In this document: piece by piece, positions 11,331-23,610 of the stretch | How the letters are laid out: the number at the start of each line of letters is the position of its first letter | Numbering within the stretch: position 1 is the first letter of the stretch | Assembly: GCA_051599415.1 (NCBI GenBank) | Contig: AP039691.1 | Coordinates: forward strand, 310,001 to 374,000 | DNA from: Savitreella phatthalungensis | Taxonomy: Eukaryota | DNA: 64,000 nucleotides | Direction of reading: 5' to 3' | Notes under the pieces: model-generated | Told to the model about the DNA's origin: nothing | Seen by the model: only the letters and a program-made list of their open reading frames with translations | The model's database searches: none | Position numbers and translations under genes: made by a program

Positions 11331-14047
11331 ATGGATGTCGGTAAGGATGATCTGACATACACCACATCTCTTGAATGGGTGTCCTACAATGAATCCATGC
11401 TAATACCTGACTAGGTCAATTGCTGTCCAACTCGCTCTCACCCGATGCAGGCGTGCGTGCCAACGCAACAGAGCAGCTCGAGGCGGCCTCCCGCGATCAC
11501 TTTGACCAGTACATGTCATTGCTCTCCCAGCAGCTTGCAAATGAACAATCCCCTTCACACATTCGGAATGCATCTGGTCTCGCACTGAAGAATGCGTTGT
11601 CTGCAAAGGTAAGACCTCTACCGCGCCGGTAATCCGACTTGGTCATATTAACTGTCATCTAGGACATCACGCGACGAGCAGAAGCACATCAAAAGTGGAA
11701 AAATCTTCCAATAGATCTTCGGTCACAGATCAAGTCAGCAACGCTCGAGACACTTGGCACGAACGACAGCAAGGCTGGTCAGTCCGCTGCACAATTCCTT
11801 GCAGCCATTTCGGCAGTCGAGCTTCCCAGCAATGAGTGGCCTGAACTCATGCCTCGTCTTGTGGAGAATGTTCAGATCACCAATCCTGAACACATCAAGC
11901 AGGCTTCCCTTCAAGCTATTGGCTACATCTGCGAAGTCGTCGAGTCAGATGCCCTCGCTGCACAATCGAATGCTATCCTTACGGCAGTTGTCCAAGGCGC
12001 CCGGAAGGACGAGCCAAGTCCTGCTGTGAGACTTGCAGCCGTGTCAGCGCTGTACGACTCGCTTGAGTTTGTGCGTGAGAACTTCGAGCGCGAGGGTGAG
12101 CGTAACTACATCATGCAAGTTGTGTGCGAGGCAACACAGGCTACAGAAACGCCTGTCCAGGTTGCTGCCTTTGGCTGTCTCGTCCGCATCATGCAGCTCT
12201 ACTACGACAAGATGCGATTCTACATGGAGAAGGCACTCTTCGGACTCACCGTGCTTGGAATGAAGCACGATGACGAGCAGGTTGCTCTCCAAGCAGTTGA
12301 ATTCTGGTCGACCGTGTGTGAAGAAGAGATCGAGGTGGCTCTGGACAACCAGGAAGCGCTTGAGCTCGGCGAACGTCCAGAACGCGAGTCATTCCAATTC
12401 GCCAAGGTTGCTATGCCAGAGGTCCTCCCAGTCCTCCTACAGCTGCTTACCAAGCAGGATGAGGATGCGGACGAAGACGACTGGAATGTCTCCATGGCCG
12501 CAGGCACATGCCTTCAGCTCTTCGCTCAGTGCGTCGAAGGCCAGATCGTCCAGCCTGTGCTGAGCTTTGTGGAACAAAATATTCGTTCGTCCGACTGGAA
12601 GTTCCGCGAGGCTTCTGTCATGGCATTTGGCTCGATACTCGAAGGTCCCGAGCCAGAAGCCCTCAAGCCGCTCATCCAGCAGGCTTTTGGCATTCTTCTT
12701 TCGCTTATGAGTGACCCTGTGCTCCAGGTCAAGGACACCACAGCATGGACGCTGGGCCGCGTTTCCGACTTCTGTATTACTGCTATTTCAAATGACCAGC
12801 ACCTCCCGCAGCTCGTTCAGGTCATCATCCAGTCCCTGCAGGACAACCCGCGTATTATCTCCAACGCTTGCTGGACTATCATGAATCTGGCTGAACAGCT
12901 CGGTGGCTCTGATGAACAGCCAAGTGCGCCGATCTCCCCGTTCTACGAACCATTGTTTGGTGCGCTTCTCCGAGTGACCGAGACAGCACCGCACGAGAAC
13001 AATGCTCGCACATCAGCATATGAAGCACTCTCTACCATGGTCTCGCACTCCGCCGCAGACGTCCTCCCAATGGTTTCCAACCTTACCAACATCGTCCTCC
13101 AGCGGCTGCAACAGACGGGACAAATGCGCGCCCAGATCTTGTCAGCCGACGAGAAGGTGCAATTTGAGGAACTACAGGGTAATTTGTTGTCTGTTCTGAC
13201 CAGCATCACTCGCCGTTGCGGTAGTGATATCTCGCCAGTGGCCGATCGTATCATGACTATCCTGCTCGAGCTGGAGCAGTCACAGCCAAGACAATCCGTC
13301 GTACACGAGGATATCTTCCTCGCAATTTCGGCCATTTGCAACAGCGTCAATGGCCACTTTGCAGTCTACCTCGATTCCTTCGCTCCGTTCCTATATTCAG
13401 CGCTGCAGAACCACGAGGAGTTCACCATGTGCTCAATCGCGATCGGCCTCATTGGCGACATCTCTCGCGCGCTTGGCGACAAGGTGCAGCCATACTGTGA
13501 TAACTTCATGTCAGCTCTGCTTCAAAACCTTCAGAGCCCTGTGCTGAATCGAACGGTCAAGCCGAATATTTTGTCCTGCTTTGGAGACATCGCACTCGCG
13601 ATCAACGAGAACTTCGCCAAGTACCTCGATGTGGTGATGCAATTGCTTCAGCAAGCTTCCGGTGTGTCCTACACATCAGACGCCTCTTTCGACATGATCG
13701 ACTATGTGAACGCTCTTCGTGAAGGCATCGTTGAGGCGTACACGGGCATTGTTCAAGCTCTGAAGGGGTCTCCGCAGTCCCAGGCGCTGGCGAACCACGT
13801 CCAGGGCATGTTTACGTTCCTTTCGGTGTGCCACGGTGATGCTGAGACGCCCGAGCGTCTTCGCCGCGCCATCATTGGTCTAATCGGCGATCTCGCTGAG
13901 TCCTTCCCCCAGGGACAACTCAAGCCGTTCCTTCAGCAGGACTGGGTGGCTGAGTGTCTGAAGATGGGACGTGCTCGCGGTGTCCAGCAGAGCACCAAGG
14001 AGGTGGCTAAGTGGGCGAATGAGCATGTCAAGATCGCCACCAGATAA
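11331..14047 (+). CDS. KAP95: Importin beta-1 (karyopherin beta), 3 exons: 11331-11340, 11415-11608, 11663-14047
   Basis: HEAT-repeat protein with ERNYIMQVVCEATQ, VEFWSTVCEEE and acidic loop DEDADEDDWN. Introns 11341-11414 (GTAAGG..GCTAAT..TAG) and 11609-11662 (GTAAGA..TTAAC..TAG) join MDV-GQLLSNSLSPD..LKNALSAK-DITRRAEAHQKW in frame. Confidence 0.96.
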
Positions 14048-14805
14048 GCGGAAGAATCTTCCATGCATGAATGTCACAGGCCACGATTCTAGGCCATCAT
14101 ACATACAGACTTCCGACGTCGAAGTCAATCACTTACCACTTGCCATCTTCGCCACTACCCCTCAATTCCCCCTGCATTATTTTTACGACACACCTTCTTG
14201 TCGAAGGGCTACTCTTTGCCTCTCTCCTATTTCTCCTCTATGTTCCACTTCGGATCAACGCATACACGTACAGCATGACGATATACTCATTGCCGCTCAA
14301 CGAGCGCTATGAGCGTCTTCTCATTTTCTTCTCTGATCTTTCCTCGCTGCAACCTCATTACTACACTACGAACGATGTCTGTACTGATCATGACGATCAC
14401 TAGGCTCGCCTGATACATCCTCTCGCTTCGAGAGTAGATCTACTTACTCTAAAGCACAGACTAGTCGATGCGCAAGCGTATCGCGCTGTCAATCCTGAAC
14501 CAGGAGAATCTCATGCTTGATAATCCCCGAGGTATTCCTGTTTTTGTCTTATAGGTCGATGCCAAGCATCTCGAACAGACAGATAGCCGCTCCTTGACCT
14601 AGTGGAATGACAGCATCATACAAAAGATTCGATGATTCTCCCGGTCGTGCTACCTCGAAAACGCCGATGATTGACTGTCGTGTCTGATCTTCAGATGACC
14701 TACGATGCATTTTCCTTAATCATTCGCATGTGACGTAAGACACAGCCTGATGCCCAAAGTAAACAGATTACGGGCTCTCCGCATAGCACTTCCTTCTCTC
14801 GCGTG

Positions 14806-15795
14806 ATGGCTCGAGATGAGAAGAGCAAAAAGCCATCGTCGCTCAACGATGTCATCGCCAGTCGTACACGGCGTTTGCACGATCAGAACAACCGCCTAGC
14901 GAATTTGCGTCTGGTCGGGGCGCTTCGGTCCGGCAGACTGTGGAGGGAGTACCTGTTACGCTTTGCCGTCGTGTACACAGCCATCGAGGATGCTTTTAGC
15001 GAGCTTCTGTCACAACCTTCGCCGACTGATGATGATATCGACCAAGCCGCATGGACACGCTCAAGGAACGCCATTGCCAGACTAAGGACACCTTTACTCC
15101 TCCGCACCAACCGCATCCTCAAAGATCTCGCCTTCTTCTACCAGACCGACGTCGAAAACGCTCGGAGACGCGTGCGGCGGTGCAGCACTGAAGATCCAGT
15201 AGCCGAGAGGTACGCAAAGCGGCTAGGTCACCTGGTCGGCGGCGCTGGAATCGAGAACGTCGACCTGGGTGGCGATCGACCTATCAGGGTGCTGGCGTAC
15301 GCGTCAGTCATGTACCTAGCACTGTTTGCCGGCGGCAGAATCATCAAGTCGCGGATGCTTTCAGAACGAGCGGGATTCTGGCCACGCGTGGACGGCAAGT
15401 CTAGAGAGGATGTGCTCGCTCATGGAACACACACACTCTCGTTCGATCTCGCCGCAAGTGCTGGTGGGCAGGTGGACGACGTATGGAAGAGCAAGGAGTT
15501 TCAAGATGTGACGGCTCTGAAGACATTTTATCGTGCACTATACGACGACGTGGCGGCGGAAGTGTTGACTGATGATGATCGAGAGACGGTCATTGATGAA
15601 GCCTGCGAGATTTTCAAGTTGAATGACAAGTTGATCTCGTCTGTCGCTCAAAAGGATATGACCATCGCCGCTAAGGCAGAGTTTGTTCTGGAAGTTGCGC
15701 GAACGTTGCCAGTCCCGCTACTAATTCTCCTCATGGTCATCGCCAACGCTGTCACATACGCACTTTACAGAGTAATCACGGCTATCACACGATGA
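14806..15795 (+). CDS. HMX1: Heme oxygenase-like protein with C-terminal membrane anchor
   Basis: TRRLHD proximal His, YTAIEDAF, LLRTNRILKDLAFF, VMYLALFAGGRII distal helix, IDEACEIFKLN and a C-terminal hydrophobic tail. Confidence 0.85.
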   Translation: MARDEKSKKPSSLNDVIASRTRRLHDQNNRLANLRLVGALRSGRLWREYLLRFAVVYTAIEDAFSELLSQPSPTDDDIDQAAWTRSRNAIARLRTPLLLRTNRILKDLAFFYQTDVENARRRVRRCSTEDPVAERYAKRLGHLVGGAGIENVDLGGDRPIRVLAYASVMYLALFAGGRIIKSRMLSERAGFWPRVDGKSREDVLAHGTHTLSFDLAASAGGQVDDVWKSKEFQDVTALKTFYRALYDDVAAEVLTDDDRETVIDEACEIFKLNDKLISSVAQKDMTIAAKAEFVLEVARTLPVPLLILLMVIANAVTYALYRVITAITR

Positions 15796-15882
15796 GACTG
15801 ACATCCTCCGTCTCACCACGCCGCAGGAAAATATTTCAAACATATTCCATTGAGTCCTTATGCACTGCGGACAAAGCAAGGA

Positions 15883-18322
15883 CTATCGACGACCAAGCTG
15901 ATGCTGCTGCTGTGAGTGTGACTGCAGGATGTGCATGGTGCCGCGGGTGGTTGGTTGGTGGTGGTGTTGCGGTGGCGGAATGTGGGGTTGCTGGAGGACG
16001 CTAGCGTGGCTTAGCTGCTGCGAAAATCCTGGTGCGCCAAGCGCCCCGGCACTGCTGCCACTGTGGACACCGCCGCCTCCAAGCATACTGATACCAGGGC
16101 CTGCGAACCCTCCCCCGAAGCCGCTTTGAAGCGCGTCCGCGGCCGAGGAATGGCTTGGCTGTACTAGTCGGCGAGACTGCTGTGGTGCAATCGGCTGCTG
16201 CTGCTGCTGCTGCGATTGCTGTTGCGGTTGCGGCTGCTGCTGAGATGTCGGGCGACGGCGAAGATCCGAGAACGCCTGTTGGGCGCATTGCTTGAGGTCG
16301 CGGTATGAAACGATCATACAAGTAGCTTCATCACGTGATACCAGTGTGATGCGTTCGTCGATGCCTGCATCAAGCTTGTTCAAACAAGTAAGGACATGGG
16401 CGAGGTCGATGACAGGATTTCCTTGCTCGTCCACCTGATGAAAGACATAGTCACGGAACAGCTTGAGCATATATCGTCCACCAGCTTCTGACCATGCCTG
16501 ATCTCCATCATACTCAGGCCTTTCGTTGATAAAGCCCAATTTACTCATCAATCGAACGAGGCGACCGTTCTCAGTTTCTCTTGCCAACTCGCCTTCAAGT
16601 GTGTCATTGTATTGCAGCGCAGAGTCGAGATTTGTGAGCGCATGTGGCGCAACTGCGTGTACGAGCTCATCAATCGAGATCTCCGAACCATTTTCCTTGC
16701 CGCCCTGCAACATCCGCAGTAGCAGACTATCTAGCTCGGTAGAGTATTTGCCCGCAGATTTCGTGAGATCGTGTCGCTTTGTTGCATCGACGCCTGCGTC
16801 ATTGACCGCGATGGAGAGAATGCAAGCGCCAAGATTCCAGATGTCTTGACGCTGTTTCAGCAATACATCGTCCAAGTCATCTTGCGAGGCGGAGAGGACA
16901 TCGACCACGCCGCAGCTTCCAAAACGGACCCGATTCTTATCGGTCACCAAAATCTTACTGAGATCGACGACCCTGCAAGCTAGACCCTGAGCGTGGATAG
17001 CACGAAGGCCGCTGACGAGCTGGATAAGGTACGACCATAGGAGTGGTTCTCCAATGATGGCATTCCCGGCGAATTTTCGTGCGGCTGTGCTAAAATGCTG
17101 CTCAAAAAGCGTGTCTGCAGTCGGATGGAGTGCGTGCACAAAACATATAGAGCTATCGCCAAATGCTCGAGTCGTAAAAGCTTCCTTGACCTCGACCACC
17201 GCACTCGAACACACTTTCTTCCATCGCTCGACGTATGCGATACTCGCCTCGTTTGACAGGCGAAAACCTTCTACCCGTCTGATGGCACAAGCGCTGCCAT
17301 CGCTCCGATTGATCGCCTTGTACAGCCAAGTAGTGTATCCGAAGCTGCGGGTCGAACGTCCTGTGGCGCTGCGATCCAGCGGGACCAGTGAATGATAGCT
17401 CAGCACGTGTTGTGGCAGGGATGACTCTGCAAGAGTCTGTAGGGACGCCTCCTGCTTTCGTTGCAGCGTTTCCCGGAGCTTGTCGTTGAGGAAGAAGTCG
17501 TGCGAGGAGCGCTCGTTTGGCTTTAGCGCCTTACGATTCGGTGCGAGTGAGCTGTACAAGTGATACTGCAGAGGCTGCTGATAGCCCTGTTGTCTTGCGT
17601 AGTACATGTCGGCCGCTGCAGCTGCCGCTGCGAGAGCATCGGCACCACCGCTGCTGTTGTCGTAAGGGTTGACAGCTGCATACGGGTTGGCATCTACACG
17701 AGCAGTGTCAGAAGCCGGCACGAAATTTGTCGCTGCTGGTGAGCCTTTCGCCGTTGCATTGAGTGTCGCATGCTGTCGAAGTGGAGATCCACCGACGTGG
17801 AAAACAGCTGCGCTGGTATTGAGCTCTCTTGCGGCTGTATCATACAGGTCAGTCATATCACAAGGATGGTTCAGGACGCGCTGGCTTACGCGATGCCGTT
17901 GCACCTCGTGGCACAAACACCGCGGCACGGGGGTTATTGGTTTGCGGCGTCAGGAAGGAAGAAAGGGCCGAATCAGCGCCGCCGGTCGTGGGCGTCTGAG
18001 TTCCAGACGCAGCCGCTCCCGGATGGAATGTGGGTGTATCAGGTCGCAGGCTCAAGGCCGCTCGAGCGCCATTGCTGCCATCCGGCTGGGATTGTTGCTG
18101 AGGTTGCGGTTGCGGTTGGTTCTTCTTGTCTTCACCATGGTAGAAACGACAGCCTTTGTCCTGATACCTGCAGGACCCATGGATGACGATATTACGACAT
18201 AGTGTTGTAGAAGCAGCACTGTCTAGATGTACAGGGCGCGAAGCAGCACTAGGAGCTTGAGAAGCTGGAGCTGGGCTGTTGTTGCTGATGGTGCTTCCGC
18301 TTGATCTTGGCGCGCTTGCCAT
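15883..18322 (-). CDS. PAN3: PAN2-PAN3 deadenylase subunit Pan3 (CCCH finger, PAM2 motifs, pseudokinase, C-terminal domain); 2 exons, intron 17835-17889
   Basis: Exon 1 has CRNIVIHGSCRYQDKGCRFYH. A 55-nt GTAAGC..CTGAC..CAG intron joins ..ATAS-P-ARELNTSAAVF. Exon 2 has PLQYHLY, YHSLVPLD, ENGRLVRLMSKLGFINERPE and LFRDYVFHQVD. Confidence 0.95.
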
Positions 18323-19069
18323 GACTTTCAGTAGCTATCTCGCTTCATGCGCTGCTCCTGGGGCAAAAGAACCCTGAAGCTTAGAGTAAGGTCATTTCGG
18401 TGTCGATCACCGATGAAATACACAACGTCTGCTGTCTGGGCTCTAGGAGGTGATAACCTGCGTTGATGGCTTTCCCGTCACCTGTATATCTTTACTCAGA
18501 TCTCCACGCGTGTCAGACTGATCACAGTCCTTGACCTCCTCTCCTCGTCAACGCGATCTCGTCGATACCTATGAACAGGATCTATCGTGCTAGAGACCAG
18601 GAAGTAGCTGCTGTTGCAGCTTGTGCGCGTCTCTGGCCGATGACTGATCAACTGCAGTGTGACTCTCTGGAGTGAGATCAAGCGACCTATATCTGACAAA
18701 GGTCAAATCCTTCTACCAACTCCCACTTTGCCAATCACTTCCAAACAACACTGGATGGATGCACACTTTGCTTGTATCCTGAGCAGAATGCATGTCGTAT
18801 GTGCAATGAATGCACAAGCTGCATGGTCTACTTCACAGTCTTGTACTATACGCTCAACAGTCTCATCCTCTTCACTACTCATCACACGAGTCTTTGACAC
18901 TGATCAGCTCGGATAGCAGGTAATGTCTGGTTGGGATTGAGAATCTTGACCCGTCTATTTACGCACCTCTATCTATAAAATTGCAGCTCAACGATTCGTA
19001 TGGTGCTGCCGCTGATCATGCTGAGAGATTCACCCTTGATGAGCTGATAGATCTCCATCTTGGGCGATC

Positions 19070-21196
19070 ATGGGACTCCCTTTCCCTGTTGTACATGAGC
19101 GTGTGAGTACGTCACCTCTCAGATCAGATCTACTACAATGGTGTCCAACCATGGACCTGCTTGTCACAGTGACTGATGCAGGCGAAGTGTCTGTGTGGAG
19201 GTTGAATGGACAGAAAGTTTGGTCACAGACTCCTTTTGCTCCACTTCCAGGTCAGCCGGTCAATGCGTCCCACACTTCCGTTGTCGAATGCATCGTATGG
19301 CGAGATAATGGCAGGAGTTTGGCTGTCGCGTCAGGTGACGGTCAAGTTGCCTACCTCGACGTTGTGGACGGCCGGACGATGCGCACCTTCGCCCGTCCAG
19401 CGCCATTACAAGATCAGAAACCTGTTTCGATTGTCTGGTCAAGTGTTGCATCGACCAGGGGCACATTGAGCTCGCACAAGCTTATAGACGATATTCGAGC
19501 GGATTTGCCTCTTCTATCTACCCTACAGAGTGCCTCTGCCCCGGAAGACAATCTCTATGGCTCGAGAACAGCGCTTGTCTCGCTATTTGGCCATTCTGGC
19601 AGCAAAAGACCCGCAGTTGACAACGTCTTGATTGCCGGAAGAGGGGGAGGTCTGCATACCGCTCTGGGATCATTCGATGTCAGAATCCCTTGCGACAATC
19701 GCGCAGATCAGGAAACCATAACAGTCGCAGGCTTGAATACTGCGCTCGACCACGTCATATACACCAAGGACTCTAGTGGCATTGATTGTGAGCTTTTCCG
19801 ACTCGACTTCATGCAAAGGGACGTGGATGCGCGGCTACGTGTCCTTGCTCACTCTCAGGAATACGTCGCCCTGTCTGACTACCTACGCGAAGCAGTCGAA
19901 GCAGTCAAGGAGGAGTACGAGCTCTTCGCAAACACGCGTAAGCAGCTGCACGACCGCTGCCTGTCAATTTTGTTTCCACCGCCCATGCCCCTAAGCGAAT
20001 GCTTACTCCATCTGCTACTGTCTGGTCGATTACCGCTGGGTGTTAGCTTTCCCAAGGAGCTAAATCTTGGATCTTTGACAAAGTGGCGCAAGACGGGTGA
20101 GTCTGCCTTGCAAGCTATTCGGCGAATCGCCTTCGAATCTTGCTTGCCAGCCATCGAACGGATCATGATCGTGCTCAACGACATGCAAAAGCTGGCAGCT
20201 GCATCTGCTCTCGTAGACGCCGATCTCACCGCGAGCGCGACTGTCGAATACACACAGTTCATCGTTCGGTTGCACGACCTGATGCAGACAACAGGTCAAG
20301 AGCTCAAGGACTTTCCTGTCTTCTGCGAATGGCTGCAGTACGTCGTTGAACGTAACGACCCAGACGATGACCATGCAAATGACGTTCAAACGGCTGATAC
20401 ATTGCTGGTACTTCAGCACGTGACGGAGAGCATACCTGATTGCCGGCTGCAAAAGTACTTTGATAACGCCGCTGCTCAGTCTGCTAAGCCTCCGGAGTCG
20501 AGATTGATCACTGTCTCTGCAACTCTCCGCCAAGACAGCGAGGTTTGGAGACTATCTGTCGGCAACGCTCTGGATACCATACGCCAGCTTGGTCTTCACG
20601 CACTCGATCCAGTCAGACCAACAATCGAATCGTCATTCTCCCGAAGAAGTGACGCTCAGCGGCTCGTCGCTGGTGACGACTGGCAGCTGTGTCGTTACAC
20701 GGCAGATGGCGTTGAGGCTTTCGCACTCTGGCGCGGAGTCGAGCTTGTAGTCGGAGCCATCGAGCCAGAAGCATGTCAGATTGCAACACTCCCATTGCGT
20801 ATCCAGCATGAAGACATCGGACAGAGCCTGATTCTCGCTCAATGGATCGATCACAGTCATCTGCTACTCGTTCTGCAATCCGCAGATGATGCTAAAGCAT
20901 ATAGTCTGTCGCAGATCGAAGTGCCTGGGAATGATACCTTTCTCGTTTCGGCAGATCCTTCAGCTAGCGTAGCAGAACATCGCACACCTGTTGTCGTCAG
21001 TGTTTCGCGCAGTCGAGAGCTCGAAACACTAGCACGGCCAGCAGGACTTGCCGTCAACGGGCGCAAAGGTCGACGCACCTGCTGCGTGTTGTATGGCGAC
21101 CGGCAGCGTCTGTTGACGTTTGATCTCGATGAAGAAGAGGAAAGTGAGACCGATGAGACATCAAGAGGAGATCAGGCCGACGTGATGTCTGAGTAG
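19070..21196 (+). CDS. APC4: Anaphase-promoting complex subunit 4 (Apc4/Cut20)
   Basis: N-terminal WD40 signature WCPTMDLL..VWRLNGQKVW..WRDNGRSLAVA, a helical middle (LPAIERIMIVL, FCEWL) and a C-terminal LAVNGRKGRRTCCVL motif typical of fungal Apc4. Confidence 0.88.
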   Translation: MGLPFPVVHERVSTSPLRSDLLQWCPTMDLLVTVTDAGEVSVWRLNGQKVWSQTPFAPLPGQPVNASHTSVVECIVWRDNGRSLAVASGDGQVAYLDVVDGRTMRTFARPAPLQDQKPVSIVWSSVASTRGTLSSHKLIDDIRADLPLLSTLQSASAPEDNLYGSRTALVSLFGHSGSKRPAVDNVLIAGRGGGLHTALGSFDVRIPCDNRADQETITVAGLNTALDHVIYTKDSSGIDCELFRLDFMQRDVDARLRVLAHSQEYVALSDYLREAVEAVKEEYELFANTRKQLHDRCLSILFPPPMPLSECLLHLLLSGRLPLGVSFPKELNLGSLTKWRKTGESALQAIRRIAFESCLPAIERIMIVLNDMQKLAAASALVDADLTASATVEYTQFIVRLHDLMQTTGQELKDFPVFCEWLQYVVERNDPDDDHANDVQTADTLLVLQHVTESIPDCRLQKYFDNAAAQSAKPPESRLITVSATLRQDSEVWRLSVGNALDTIRQLGLHALDPVRPTIESSFSRRSDAQRLVAGDDWQLCRYTADGVEAFALWRGVELVVGAIEPEACQIATLPLRIQHEDIGQSLILAQWIDHSHLLLVLQSADDAKAYSLSQIEVPGNDTFLVSADPSASVAEHRTPVVVSVSRSRELETLARPAGLAVNGRKGRRTCCVLYGDRQRLLTFDLDEEEESETDETSRGDQADVMSE

Positions 21197-21274
21197 CCGA
21201 CTTGTCTGAAGAATACAAAGACTTTATGATACTATATACCCGCTCGCCTTTCGCCGCAGCGTCAGTGTGCGGAC

Positions 21275-22351
21275 ATGGTCAAGCACTCCAAGAAGCAGAA
21301 TGTCGTCAAAGTCAAACGACACCGGTGTTCTCTTTCATATGGGCTGGTTGCCATCATTCTTTTGATTGTTCTCAGCCTTGGCCTGATTTCCGTCATCCTT
21401 GGCGTCATTCTGACGTCTCTTCAACTGGCTGCCTCTCTTGCCATCACCACACACGGCGTCGATCTCCAGCAATACGTGCAATTACAGGCTGAGAACGGTA
21501 CCCCTGCAAGGACCAACTTGACGTTTGACTGGATCGGATCAATCAGCTCCACGCGCATACTTCCTTTTGCTGCTCCTCTCTTGACGCCTGGGAATATCTC
21601 TCTGAGCTTGCATGGGGAGCCTCTTCTTGCATTAAGGTTTCCTGGTTTGCCGCTCGATTACAACGGCGGGGCTGCGAGTGTCCATATCTCGGACAGCGAG
21701 ATCGCCCAGGATCCTGTACTCGTGTCGGCTTTGACCGAGTACTTGTCAGGTCAACCTGTCACAATCCGCGCCGATATCGATGCTGCTCTCCAGCCAATTC
21801 CGCACTTCCCTCGTATTCCATTGCGCAAGAGCGCGTTTTTCAAGCCAGCTGTGCTCGATCTGAGGAAGACTGCCAGCACCCTGAATATCACAATCGTGCG
21901 GTGTGCCAGGCCTGTGGCGACAAACGCCACTGCACAGCTACAAGATACCTCCATGCCTATTTGCAAGGCAATTGTGATTTTCGATAATGCATCGAGAGTC
22001 TTCGCCACCATCGGGGACATTCATGCATTGCTTGTTCCCGAGCATATTGCCATGAACGCTACTACCGGGACGCCTAGGACTTCGATCGCTGCCGATTTTG
22101 TAGCGAGACAAGCTCGACTCGTGCCAGGAACTAACCGCTTTGTGTTTGAACGAGTTCGGTCACAGCTTCAACCAGAGCAGCAACAGCAGCATTCGGGTGA
22201 TGCAAGACTCATGATCAAACAGGTGAGCACTCAAGATGGACAACGAGTCGCATGGCTCACAGAAATCCTTGATCAATTGACTGTCGGCATCCTCCTACCG
22301 ACAGACACGACGACACGAGCGAAAGTGAGGCTGGGCGTCAACTCGTTCTAG
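21275..22351 (+). CDS. Hypothetical type II membrane protein (possibly DUF3712/LEA-like beta-sandwich luminal domain)
   Basis: 358-aa ORF; basic N-terminus, long hydrophobic segment (GLVAIILLIVLSLGLISVILGVIL), several N-glycosylation sequons and beta-strand-like patterning. Family call is tentative. Confidence 0.65.
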   Translation: MVKHSKKQNVVKVKRHRCSLSYGLVAIILLIVLSLGLISVILGVILTSLQLAASLAITTHGVDLQQYVQLQAENGTPARTNLTFDWIGSISSTRILPFAAPLLTPGNISLSLHGEPLLALRFPGLPLDYNGGAASVHISDSEIAQDPVLVSALTEYLSGQPVTIRADIDAALQPIPHFPRIPLRKSAFFKPAVLDLRKTASTLNITIVRCARPVATNATAQLQDTSMPICKAIVIFDNASRVFATIGDIHALLVPEHIAMNATTGTPRTSIAADFVARQARLVPGTNRFVFERVRSQLQPEQQQQHSGDARLMIKQVSTQDGQRVAWLTEILDQLTVGILLPTDTTTRAKVRLGVNSF

Positions 22352-22490
22352 CTGGGTACGGGTGAAAGACTTTGATTAAGCGCTGTACAATGCATTATAG
22401 TGGTTGACAACCTAGAGGAAGTCCATTGCTCGGATGAAAGCATGAGAAAATTGTGACTGTAGAGTGCATGACGTGTGTTCACAGCGCACA

Positions 22491-23105
22491 TCAGCAAGCG
22501 CAGCCACCTTGTCTCGAGTCTGCCAGACTGAGGTTGATCGGGTCCGTGAAATCTGCGCCATAGTCGTCTGTCGCTTCCTGTGCAAGTGCGTTACGGGCGA
22601 TGACCTCGAATGCGCCCTCGACATTAAGTGCTTCTTTTGCAGAGGTCTCGAAGTAGGGGATGCCTCCCTTTCCTGAGCAGTAGGTAGATGCGCGCTTGTG
22701 AGAGATCATCCGTTTGCCATCCTCAACGTCGATCTTATTGCCGAGGACGACAAAGGGGAAATTTTCAGGATCCTTTGGTGCAGCCTGGATCAAGAACTCG
22801 TCCCGCCATGAGTCGAGCGCATCGAATGACTTTGCGTTGTTAACGTCGTACACGAGCACACAGCAATCTGCGCCTCTGTAGAATGCGACACCAAGCGACT
22901 GGAAGCGCTCCTGTCCAGCGGTGTCCCAAAGTTGCATTGTTACGACCCGGTCATCGATGACGACTTCCTTTGTGAGAAAGTCTGCGCCGATAGTAGCCTT
23001 GTACTGGTTGCTGAACTTCTTGTTCACGTACTGGTTCATGATGGACGTCTTGCCTACGCCAGAGTCACCAAGGATGATGACCTTGAGTAGTACTTTGCGC
23101 GGCAT
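22491..23105 (-). CDS. YPT7: Rab7-family GTPase
   Basis: [61 protein letters not shown] and C-terminal CAC prenylation motif. Confidence 0.98.
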   Translation of the reverse strand: MPRKVLLKVIILGDSGVGKTSIMNQYVNKKFSNQYKATIGADFLTKEVVIDDRVVTMQLWDTAGQERFQSLGVAFYRGADCCVLVYDVNNAKSFDALDSWRDEFLIQAAPKDPENFPFVVLGNKIDVEDGKRMISHKRASTYCSGKGGIPYFETSAKEALNVEGAFEVIARNALAQEATDDYGADFTDPINLSLADSRQGGCAC

Positions 23106-23610
23106 GGCTATGTGACGCTAGATGAGGGAGAAGATGTCGCTCTGACGCAAGCTGCAGTGTGGTGATACGGGGTTGGTAAGCGGTTTGACTCCACTGGTCG
23201 ACAGAAGTTAGATCGCTCTTTGGCGTTCGCGCTAGGTCAGAAAGCTAATGCGCTTTGTTTGTGAATGCGCTTGATGCTGTTGAAGTTATGAGGACTGTAA
23301 GGGTGAGGATGAGAATGACGATGTGTGGGTAGTTGGGTGAGTGAAGGCATGTGTGTTGTCCGCAGTAAATCGATCGACCAAATGCAGCCGTGCATTCAGC
23401 TCGATCGAAATTCTCATTCACGTGACATCATTGTTATCCATAGACCATTCACAAAACATATGCACGGTATTCCATTCATACCAGTCAACACGTCTGTGCT
23501 TCTGCTATACGTGCTGTTCCTTCCATTCACCATAGATCTACGATGCGCCTAATGATGGCTACTTCACTGCGGCTGTGCTGAGCAGACTATAGACATCTCG
23601 CTGCTTGACC

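Noticed and set aside
17858..17928. Apparent frameshift or split between the two PAN3 ORFs
   Set aside because: Fully explained by a canonical 55-nt intron (17835-17889).
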